From an uncultured delta proteobacterium (GTDB lineage Bacteria > Desulfobacterota > Desulfomonilia > UBA1062), in NCBI GenBank assembly GCA_963798485.1, contig CAWCTR010000007.1, forward strand, positions 578,043 through 642,042: a stretch of 64,000 nt of DNA, given 5' to 3'. Shown here piece by piece: positions 49,548-57,703 of this stretch (the first letter of the stretch is position 1; each line of letters starts with the position of its first letter). Made by a program: the position numbers and the translations under genes. The notes below the pieces were generated by a model. It made no database searches. It was not told the DNA's origin and saw only the letters and a program-made list of their open reading frames with translations.

Positions 49548-49550
49548 TGA

Positions 49551-49623
49551 TGGGCCATCCGGGGCTCGAACCTGGAACCTACTGATTAAGAGTCAGTTGC
49601 TCTACCAGTTGAGCTAATGGCCC
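49551..49623 (-). tRNA. tRNA-Lys (CTT)
   Basis: GGGCCATTAGCTCAACTGGTAGAGCAACTGACTCTTAATCAGTAGGTTCCAGGTTCGAGCCCCGGATGGCCCA cloverleaf. Confidence 0.95.
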
Positions 49624-49634
49624 ATATCCATCTT

Positions 49635-49683
49635 TGGTACGCCCGGGGCGACTCGAACGCCCGACCTGCGGATTCGAAGTCCG
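49635..49683 (-). repeat. 3' fragment of tRNA-Arg(TCG) = att core bounding an integrated element
   Basis: CGGACTTCGAATCCG...GTTCGAGTCGCCCCGGGCGTACCA: anticodon arm to CCA present, 5' acceptor strand and D arm absent. Confidence 0.88.
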
Positions 49684-50049
49684 AAAAATCAAAAAAACAA
49701 ACCCCTCTATCTTATGTCTGATTTCCCGTAAGATCTTAATTTAAAATTAATTTATGCATTCCATCTATTCCCTTACGTTCTATCTGTTTCCTTGCGTTCC
49801 CTTGGATTCTATCACAATATTATCACAGCTAAAGCGTAGGTTTTTGAACCGCGAACCCTTACGCTATTTTATGCACCACCCACATGTGCACTCCCACATT
49901 TAGCACTGAGTACCAGTCTGGTTGGCACTGAAAATACACTGCTGGACCTTCCCGGTCCAGAATCTGTCTTGCTTGAAGATCGTATTCCTCACAGTATTTT
50001 TAAAGAAAATACCGGGGCGAAGCCCCGGCGACTCAGGGGGGTAGGGGGG

Positions 50050-50916
50050 TTACCCCTGCCCATCCTTATCGTCTTGCTGACCGATTATGTGATTGACTGC
50101 CTTCTGTGCCTGAGCTGCGGCCAGGACAACAAGTCTTGAATCCTTTCTGATCGTGTCCCTCCATCCCTGGATATATGCCGCTGAGTTCTCAAGGGTGGCA
50201 TGAGCAATGCCGGTGATCGCGCACAGGTAGGCAGCTCCCATCTCCGCTATAAGCTCTTCACGGGCGTAGTTCTTCGATCCGAAAGAAGCCGGTGCTGAAA
50301 GGGTTTCACGATTGAGCCGAGAGGCTGAGCCTGTGGCGTGGGTCAACTCATGATAAAGGGTGCTATAATACTCTTCCGGGTTTACAAATGCGGCCTTACT
50401 CGGCATCTTCACCAGGTCTTCAATCGGGTTGTAGCAGGCCTTGATAAATCCATGCTTTATCTCAGGCCTTCCCTGGAAACCGTTCACAATGGCCTCGGCC
50501 TCTTCTATGGGGTTGGAATGGGCTTCTTCCGGCTGGTCAGGGTAGGTTATCCCTTCGCACTGGAGAACATTGAATACCCGGTAGTACTTCAGGAAGGGTA
50601 TATTTTTCTTTTCCAGCGCACCCGTGCCCTCGTTGAGTTCCTCCACTTCCTTGAAGTTCCAGAAAACCACGATAGAGCTTTTTTCTCCCTTCTTGATGGT
50701 CCCTCCGAGGGTCTTGGTCTGGTTGAAGGTGAGCCAGTAAGGAGAGGCATAGCTGGAAGCAAGGAGCAACCATACATTGATCCCTCTATACTTCTTGCCT
50801 GTCATCAGGTTACGGGGAAGCAGGATCTTGCTGTTCCAGGGTTTTCTCCAGGGGATGACACCATTGCCCAGGTGCGTCAGGATTTGTTCGGTCACGATCT
50901 CGAATACGTTTGCCAT
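50050..50916 (-). CDS. ardC: ArdC-family anti-restriction ssDNA-binding / zincin-like protein
   Basis: IPWRKPW, YRGIN, WLTFNQ, VFNVLQ, HELTHATG, YAREELIAE. Confidence 0.92.
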   Translation of the reverse strand: MANVFEIVTEQILTHLGNGVIPWRKPWNSKILLPRNLMTGKKYRGINVWLLLASSYASPYWLTFNQTKTLGGTIKKGEKSSIVVFWNFKEVEELNEGTGALEKKNIPFLKYYRVFNVLQCEGITYPDQPEEAHSNPIEEAEAIVNGFQGRPEIKHGFIKACYNPIEDLVKMPSKAAFVNPEEYYSTLYHELTHATGSASRLNRETLSAPASFGSKNYAREELIAEMGAAYLCAITGIAHATLENSAAYIQGWRDTIRKDSRLVVLAAAQAQKAVNHIIGQQDDKDGQG

Positions 50917-51162
50917 TAGTCTTTCCCTCCTCTAAAAATCAATTTTTTTTCAACCCGTTCACTCCTGACTCATGGGTTGAGAAAAAATCGGAGATAAAAG
51001 ACCGCGAAGCATCCTTATAGGGAGCCCCTGGAACGTTGCAAGCAGCGTGACAACATGTTTTTGTTGGCACGATGCTTATAAAGCGAGAGGAAGGGGCCTC
51101 TGCGCTTTGATTAGATCCTTGATTGGAAAACACTTGCTTTTTATAAATCAATGGTCAATAAC

Positions 51163-51188
51163 ACCTATAGATATTACTAAGTATAGGT
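51163..51188. promoter_or_regulatory. Inverted repeat, probable AbiEi operator
   Basis: ACCTATA-N12-TATAGGT just upstream of abiEi. Confidence 0.55.
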
Positions 51189-51198
51189 AATTTTAATC

Positions 51199-51819
51199 AT
51201 GCAAAAACATAAAATGAATGAACCCGCATCCGATAAATCTAAACGGCTCATTAAAGAAAAAGGCGGTATAATTCGCACAACAGAAGCCCTGAAACTAGGA
51301 ATCCATTCCCGTACCCTTTATACTCTCAGGGACACCGGTGTTCTTGAAAAAATTTCACGTGGTGTATACCGTCTGGCAGAACAGAAACCGATATCAAATC
51401 CTGATCTCGTTACTATAGCAATAAGATTCCCAAAGGCGGTCATTTGTCTTGTATCCGCACTGGCATACCATGAAATAACTACTCAAGTACCGCATACAAT
51501 TTCTATTGCCATAGAAAAAGGTGCTGAATCACCCAGAATAGACTACCCCCCTGTATCTGTTCACCGCTTTTCGCGCGAAAGTCTTACCGCAGGCATAGAG
51601 GAGCATGAAATAGATGGCGTAATAGTCCGTATTTACAACCCTGAGAAAACTCTGGCTGACAGCTTCAAGTTCAGAAATAAAATTGGGATGGAGACTGTTC
51701 TTGAGGCACTGAAGCTCTATAAAACACGGAAGAAATTCAACCTTGAAGAACTGATCAAATACGCCCGAATCTGCCGAGTTGATAAAGTTATGAGGCCCTA
51801 TCTTGAGGTGACTGTATGA
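51199..51819 (+). CDS. abiEi: Type IV TA antitoxin, AbiEi family
   Basis: wHTH LEKISRGVY, ICLVSALAYH, YNPEKTLAD. Confidence 0.88.
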   Translation: MQKHKMNEPASDKSKRLIKEKGGIIRTTEALKLGIHSRTLYTLRDTGVLEKISRGVYRLAEQKPISNPDLVTIAIRFPKAVICLVSALAYHEITTQVPHTISIAIEKGAESPRIDYPPVSVHRFSRESLTAGIEEHEIDGVIVRIYNPEKTLADSFKFRNKIGMETVLEALKLYKTRKKFNLEELIKYARICRVDKVMRPYLEVTV

Positions 51820-52724
51820 GTCAGAAAGAAGTTAAGAATATAGCTCAATCTGTCAGACAACGCCTCCTGAACAGGGCAAAGGCAGAAATGCGACCATTCA
51901 GTGAGATGCTCCAATATTTTGCCATGGAGCGATTCCTTTACAGGCTGTCAAAGTCCCAACATGCTGACAGATTCATTCTCAAAGGCGCAATGATGCTCAA
52001 GGCTTGGGGTTCATCAGAATTCAGGCCGACAATGGATATAGATATGCTTGGGAAAACAAACAACGAAGAAACCAACCTCGCTACTCAGATAGAAGATATC
52101 CTTTCGTCTGATGTTGAACCGGATGGACTTATCTTCGACAAAACAAGCATCCAGACAGAACGAATTAATGAAGATGCAGATTATAAGGGTATTCGTATTC
52201 GATTCCTTGGAAAACTGGATTCCGCAAAGATAAGCATGCAGATAGATATCGGCTTTGGCGATATTGTATATCCCATGCCGGAAAGATCAGATCTGCCGAC
52301 CATGCTTGATTTCCCTGCTCCATGTCTTCTTTGTTATAGCCGCGAGAGTGCTATTGCTGAAAAGTTTGAAACGATGCTGAAACTCCGTGAACTGAATAGT
52401 CGAATGAAGGATTTTTATGACATCTGGCTACTTTCCCGCCAGTTCAGATTTGAAGGGAATGTGCTCACTGAAGCCATCAGGCTAACCCTTGAAAAAAGGG
52501 GAACTGACCTGCCTGATGAAATTTCTGCTTTTTCAGAAGAATTTGCCAAAATCAAGCAAGTGCAATGGATAGCCTTCCTGAAAAAACTCAAGCAGGAGCA
52601 CGTACCTGAGGATTTTTCAGAGATCGCAACAACTATAAAAAGCTTCCTTCTTCCTATTGCTATTACACTGAAATCTGTTTCAAAAGCTCCTACCCAATGG
52701 ACCCCACCTGGTCCATGGGAGTAA
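51816..52724 (+). CDS. abiEii: Type IV TA toxin, AbiEii nucleotidyltransferase
   Basis: ERFLYRLS, FILKGA, RPTMDID, AEKFE, SRMKDFYDI; ATGA-coupled to abiEi. Confidence 0.9.
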   Translation: MSQKEVKNIAQSVRQRLLNRAKAEMRPFSEMLQYFAMERFLYRLSKSQHADRFILKGAMMLKAWGSSEFRPTMDIDMLGKTNNEETNLATQIEDILSSDVEPDGLIFDKTSIQTERINEDADYKGIRIRFLGKLDSAKISMQIDIGFGDIVYPMPERSDLPTMLDFPAPCLLCYSRESAIAEKFETMLKLRELNSRMKDFYDIWLLSRQFRFEGNVLTEAIRLTLEKRGTDLPDEISAFSEEFAKIKQVQWIAFLKKLKQEHVPEDFSEIATTIKSFLLPIAITLKSVSKAPTQWTPPGPWE

Positions 52725-52734
52725 TTACTGAGAT

Positions 52735-55734
52735 CTATCTCTCAAAACCTGGACCTCTACTCTTCCCAATATCCTGGGTTAGGTTCTGTGCAATACTCTT
52801 ATTTTGAGCAAGTGTTATCTTATGGCCGTCAAAGGCTACATACCTTCCGGTCTGCATCTGATCGTATTGCTTATTATAGGGGACCATGTACTGAACCCCT
52901 TTTGACTCGATCTTGGCATACTTATTCTCGCCAACCGCCTCTATTCCCGTAAAATATCCTTCAACTGCTCTTTCTCTGGCAAATTCCACGTGGAGACCAT
53001 GGGCTTCCATACGCTCACAGTAATTAAATTCCGACTTATTAAGCTGCTGGTCATATTTTGAAACTCTTTTCTGTTCTTGTCCTTCCTGAGAAATCTGATT
53101 CTGCTTCTCTTTCTCGATGGTTTTACTCCTCACGTCTTCCATCTTCTGGCCGTCATACTCAACCTGACGGAATTTACTCATCTGATCGTATTCCTTGTCA
53201 TAGGGCACCAGGTAACGCACTCCCTTTGTTGGTTCGGCATGGGTATCGATCACGGCATACTTTCTGCCATCGACTTCCTTCACTCCCATATAGTTTCCTT
53301 CCACTGACTTATCCTTGGGGAACTCTACCTGGATTCCCTTCTGTTGCTGCTGTTGACGATACTCTTCCTGTACTCTCAGGTGGAGCTTCTCCTCGATTCT
53401 GCTGTACTTATCCTGGTATTTCTGAGGAAGCCCTTTATCTCTCTCTTCAAGACGCTTCACTGCATCCCGCTTTATTTCCTCATACCCTCTTATCTTCTCC
53501 ATCTTGATGAATCGGTCATCTATCTCAACGCCCCTTGGTAAGCCATAGTCTACGATAAGACCCTTGGGCTGCTCTCTGCCCATGACCTTTTGCAGATCTT
53601 GAAAGTCCTTGAACTCTTCTTTGGCGTAATACATGGTTACATCTTCTCTATGCCTGCTCATGGCAACGTAGGCGGTGTGTTTATCAAAGTGCCTTGAGCC
53701 CAAAACAAAGGTACGGTCGATTGTCGATCCTTGTGTCTTATGGACCGTGGCTGCATATCCGTGGTCGAAGTCCCGGTACATGGTGGTATCAATAGCTACC
53801 CTGTCGCCCTTGTCGAGCTTGACTGCCATGACCCCCCTGCTGATACTCTCCACCGTCCCAAGGGAACCATTCCTCACACCCAAAGAATGCTCGTTCCGCA
53901 GGAAGATGATCCGGTCACCGGTGCTGAAAGTCCTCTCCCCTTTCTCGGTCATGAAGGTATATCCGGCTCCCCTTAGTTCTCCATGTAACTTTCTGTACTG
54001 CCTAGCCCCCTGGTTCAGTTCCGCTACATCTCTGTTTGTGTAGGCCATCATGAGGCTCGTCCCATGGTAGTGTTTATGTTCTGCCTGGTGATCAGCCCAC
54101 TCTTTCAATAACTGCTCCTTGGCCTCTTCCCTGGTCGGGAGTTCCTTGATGTGTCCGTGGTCGTGGTACATTTCAAGGGCCTTCTCCGTCTGTTCCCTTT
54201 TTCCTGAGAACTCTATTGTGGCCTCCTTCTGCCAATCAACCTTCTGCCTTCGTACTTCGGCAAGCTCAACATAGCCGGTCTTCTGGATTATCCCCCGGAA
54301 AGAACCTCCCGCCTCAATGGACTGGAGCTGTTCATTGTCTCCGACCAGGATCACCTTTGTTCTTGACTCATGGGCATACTCAAGGACCTGGTGCATCTGC
54401 CTAGTGCCCACCATACCGGCCTCGTCGATCACCAGGATCTCATCTCGATGGAGCTGGTTACGGTCATTGCTCCAGTCTTCGAGTTGCTTGTAGATGGTCG
54501 TGCTTTCTATCCCGCTTTCGTTCTGAAGACCTTCTGCTGCTATCCCTGAGAGGGCAAGGCCTCTGACCTTGTACCCTTCCGCCTCGTATGCTTCCCGTAC
54601 AGCACCAAGGGTATAACTCTTGCCTGTTCCAGCACGTCCGATCATGACGGCGATATCGCCGTTCTCTATAATTGTCTGGAAGGCCTTCTGCTGTTCATCA
54701 CTCATGGTGTAATTTGCGGCTGTCTGATCGATGATCTCATTCTTTACCTGGTGTCCATGGGAAGTCTTCATCGCTTGTGCGGCATCGAGCATGGCCTTTT
54801 CGTTCATCATCATGGTGCGGGTAGAGAAGAGGTCTTCGCCTTTCTCATTCTTGCCGATCTTCATAAGCTCGGGACTGTTCTCAAGAGCACTGAATACCCG
54901 GTTGAACTGATCCGCGTCCGCACTATACCGGAATGCAAAATCCATGATGTCTTCCCGCTTGAACACGGCATCATAATGCCCTACATGCTTCAACGCTTTC
55001 TCAGGATCGTTGATAATCCGATCTCCATTCTCGCGGCATATCCTCTGGTACTCTTCAAGTTTATCGAGGCCTCTTGTATCCTGGAGGTGGAGATATCCCT
55101 TTGGCAGGTATTTATAGATTCCTTGACCGAGGGTAAGCTTAGGCTCTAGATCAATACCTCTGTCTGCATAGCTCCTATGGTCAACCTGGATATCATGACC
55201 GGCTTCCAGCAAATGCCGGTTTTGTACAACCGCCCACTCCTCACGCCACTTAAGCAGATGAGCTTTATCGTTCCATGATCTTTCCTTTTGTCCGAATCCA
55301 TCTGAGGTAACTTCACGCATGGTAAGCATGATATGGACGTGCGGGTTTTTCTCGCTTTTGTGGATGCAGATATCGGCTATCATCCCCTTATCCACGAACT
55401 GCGTCTGTGCGTATTCCCGCACGAGCGCAATCTGTTGATTGAGGTTCAGCTCTTTAGGGAGAGAGAGTTCAACTTCACGTGCAAGCTGGGCGTCCTTTCG
55501 CTTCTCTTTTCTCTCGGCCTCGTTCCAGAGGGTTTGACGATCTTTCAATATCTCGGGAGCATTTTCCGGGAGAAGGATTTCTGCATGGGCAAGGTCTTTC
55601 TTCTTTGAATAGTCGAACTCCATTCCCTGACGCTCATCATAGAGCTTATCGCGTGAACGGTATGCAGCCGCAGCTACCGAGCTACGCCCGGAGCCTCTGC
55701 TGATAACCTTAACATCGATGTGATAGCACGCCAT
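52735..55734 (-). CDS. traA: Ti-type TraA: MOBQ relaxase fused to RecD-like SF1 helicase
   Basis: AAAAYRS (catalytic Tyr25), CIH...PHVH His triad; GRAGTGKS, IDEAGM, YAATVHKTQG, YVAMSRH. Confidence 0.93.
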   Translation of the reverse strand: MACYHIDVKVISRGSGRSSVAAAAYRSRDKLYDERQGMEFDYSKKKDLAHAEILLPENAPEILKDRQTLWNEAERKEKRKDAQLAREVELSLPKELNLNQQIALVREYAQTQFVDKGMIADICIHKSEKNPHVHIMLTMREVTSDGFGQKERSWNDKAHLLKWREEWAVVQNRHLLEAGHDIQVDHRSYADRGIDLEPKLTLGQGIYKYLPKGYLHLQDTRGLDKLEEYQRICRENGDRIINDPEKALKHVGHYDAVFKREDIMDFAFRYSADADQFNRVFSALENSPELMKIGKNEKGEDLFSTRTMMMNEKAMLDAAQAMKTSHGHQVKNEIIDQTAANYTMSDEQQKAFQTIIENGDIAVMIGRAGTGKSYTLGAVREAYEAEGYKVRGLALSGIAAEGLQNESGIESTTIYKQLEDWSNDRNQLHRDEILVIDEAGMVGTRQMHQVLEYAHESRTKVILVGDNEQLQSIEAGGSFRGIIQKTGYVELAEVRRQKVDWQKEATIEFSGKREQTEKALEMYHDHGHIKELPTREEAKEQLLKEWADHQAEHKHYHGTSLMMAYTNRDVAELNQGARQYRKLHGELRGAGYTFMTEKGERTFSTGDRIIFLRNEHSLGVRNGSLGTVESISRGVMAVKLDKGDRVAIDTTMYRDFDHGYAATVHKTQGSTIDRTFVLGSRHFDKHTAYVAMSRHREDVTMYYAKEEFKDFQDLQKVMGREQPKGLIVDYGLPRGVEIDDRFIKMEKIRGYEEIKRDAVKRLEERDKGLPQKYQDKYSRIEEKLHLRVQEEYRQQQQQKGIQVEFPKDKSVEGNYMGVKEVDGRKYAVIDTHAEPTKGVRYLVPYDKEYDQMSKFRQVEYDGQKMEDVRSKTIEKEKQNQISQEGQEQKRVSKYDQQLNKSEFNYCERMEAHGLHVEFARERAVEGYFTGIEAVGENKYAKIESKGVQYMVPYNKQYDQMQTGRYVAFDGHKITLAQNKSIAQNLTQDIGKSRGPGFER

Positions 55735-55737
55735 AAG

Positions 55738-56676
55738 CTAGTTGTTTTCCTCTTCAACTTTTTGAATGGAGTACAGATCCTCGCCCTTTTTACTTTTCCC
55801 GGTGAGAATGAGATCCTGGCAGTTCGAGAGAGCTTGCACGACTTGCTTATATTGTTCCGTATCGGCACTATGATATTTGGCAAACTTATCGATATCTCTT
55901 CTTTTGAAAACCTCTGCTCGATGCCTGAGAAGTTTTAAGGCCCTTCCAGGTTCTTCGATAATCCTTTCCCCATTTTCTCTTCGTATTCTCTGGTGGTCTT
56001 CAAGCCGGTCAAGTCCTCTGGTGCTTTTAAGAAAATCTCCATCCCTGGTAATATATTTTGACGCATATCCAAGCTTGACTTGAGGTTCAAGATCGATTCC
56101 TCTCTCAACATAACTCCGGTGGTCTACCCTGACATCATAGCCTGCTTCTTCCAACTTCATGTTCTGGATATTCGCCCATTCCTCCCGCCACTTAAATATA
56201 TAGGTTCTGTCGCTCCAGGATCTCTCCTTTTGTCCGAATCCTTCCCCGGTGAATTTCCGCATGGTAAGCATGATTGTAGCGTGAGGATTCGACTCTTTTG
56301 ATATGATGCCTATGTCAGCAATCATTCCCCTATCAACGAAGCTTGCCTGTACGAATTCCCGTACAAGCTCAATCTGCTGCTTAAGGGTCAGTTCCATAGG
56401 AATTGAAACCTCAATAAGCCGGGCAAGCTGAGAATCTTTTCGCTTTTCTCCTCTCTCGACCTCATTCCAGAGGGTTTGCCGATCGAGAAATCTCTCAGGG
56501 ACATTTTCTGGAATTAATATCTCTGAATACGCCAGGTCGGTAAATTGGGAATACCTGTGCGTCTTCCCCAATCTTTCATCGTAGAGTGTTTCTCTTGCAC
56601 GCCATGCTGCTGAAGCGACTGCGCTTTTGCCATCTGATCTTCCAATTTTGCTGATATTTAAATGATAAATAGCCAT
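55738..56676 (-). CDS. MobA/MobL-family relaxase paralog lacking catalytic residues
   Basis: Colinear with TraA aa ~1-305 but ASAAWRA (Y25W) and GIISKESNPHATIML (two of three His lost). Confidence 0.85.
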   Translation of the reverse strand: MAIYHLNISKIGRSDGKSAVASAAWRARETLYDERLGKTHRYSQFTDLAYSEILIPENVPERFLDRQTLWNEVERGEKRKDSQLARLIEVSIPMELTLKQQIELVREFVQASFVDRGMIADIGIISKESNPHATIMLTMRKFTGEGFGQKERSWSDRTYIFKWREEWANIQNMKLEEAGYDVRVDHRSYVERGIDLEPQVKLGYASKYITRDGDFLKSTRGLDRLEDHQRIRRENGERIIEEPGRALKLLRHRAEVFKRRDIDKFAKYHSADTEQYKQVVQALSNCQDLILTGKSKKGEDLYSIQKVEEENN

Positions 56677-56710
56677 TCTCTAGTCCTTACGATGGGTTAG
56701 ATGGATCACG

Positions 56711-56740
56711 CACGTCGCTGGCGACGTATAAGCGTGCCTT
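56711..56740. promoter_or_regulatory. MOBQ-type oriT
   Basis: Hairpin ACGTCGC-TG-GCGACGT followed by ATAAGCGTGCCTT, resembling Ti/RSF1010 nic regions (TAAGTGCGCCCT); lies between divergent mobA and mobC. Confidence 0.75.
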
Positions 56741-56922
56741 TATTACATAAAGTATTGGTTTCTCGCTTTGCTCGGTCATTGGGGTTTAACCTCTTCGTAA
56801 TGTCTTGCAACACGCCCATGCATGGTACAAAGAATAGCATTGAAATATTGTTTCTTGATTTGTTGCTTAATAATATCTATCATTAAAGAGTTCAATAATC
56901 AATACTTTTTAGAGGAGGTACA

Positions 56923-57186
56923 ATGCAATCTAATAAAAAGGCAACACTTGATAAACTTCTGGAGAAGAAGCAAAGGATCGAGCAACAGATTTCCAGTGCT
57001 AAAGCCCGTTTGAAGAAGAAAGATCGAGCCGCAGATACCCGGAAAAAGATCCTTGTGGGCGCATACTTCCTTGAAGTCAAATACAAGGACAAAGAAGATG
57101 AACTGGTGAAGCTTCTGGACGGTTTCCTTGTCCGCGATAATGACCGGGCGCTCTTCGACCTACCCCTAAAGGGTGATGCATCATGA
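56923..57186 (+). CDS. MobC/TraD-like relaxosome accessory protein
   Basis: Coiled-coil then RAADTRKKILVGA; divergent from relaxase across oriT. Confidence 0.75.
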   Translation: MQSNKKATLDKLLEKKQRIEQQISSAKARLKKKDRAADTRKKILVGAYFLEVKYKDKEDELVKLLDGFLVRDNDRALFDLPLKGDAS

Positions 57187-57638
57187 ATGAGCAAGAATTA
57201 ACCGAGGTCAGAGAGAGCATAAGGCGGGAGGTAAGATACGCCCTTACTACTGACATGCAAGAGATCCGTCTTATCAAAGAAAGTCTCGATGCCATTCTTG
57301 CTCAACAGAAACAGAAGATCGATGAGATGGATGAGTTCTTTATCGAGTACTCTCACGAGCAGAAAAAGAGCCAGCAAAACTATCAGGACTCCTTGAAGAT
57401 AATTCTGGGCGAACATAAGAAAATTGCGGATGAAGCTAAATCTCTTTATAAGGACATTAATAACAACACTCAGGAGATTAGGTTAATCTCTACTCAACAT
57501 CAGGAAAAACTCTCATCGTATTATGATTACCTCTTCCTGAAGGTGTTCGGGATTGCTGCCATGGGCGGGTTATTTGCCTTGTTTCTGTATCAACTGTTCT
57601 TTAGATTCATCTACCCTTTTATAAACAGGTTGCTTTAA
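57183..57638 (+). CDS. Coiled-coil protein with C-terminal TM helix
   Basis: ATGA-coupled to mobC-like gene. Confidence 0.6.
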   Translation: MNEQELTEVRESIRREVRYALTTDMQEIRLIKESLDAILAQQKQKIDEMDEFFIEYSHEQKKSQQNYQDSLKIILGEHKKIADEAKSLYKDINNNTQEIRLISTQHQEKLSSYYDYLFLKVFGIAAMGGLFALFLYQLFFRFIYPFINRLL

Positions 57639-57703
57639 GTACTCAGGCATGAATAATGTGTAATACAAATGTGAACATCTAGGAATGAGATTTATGTTGA
57701 GTA

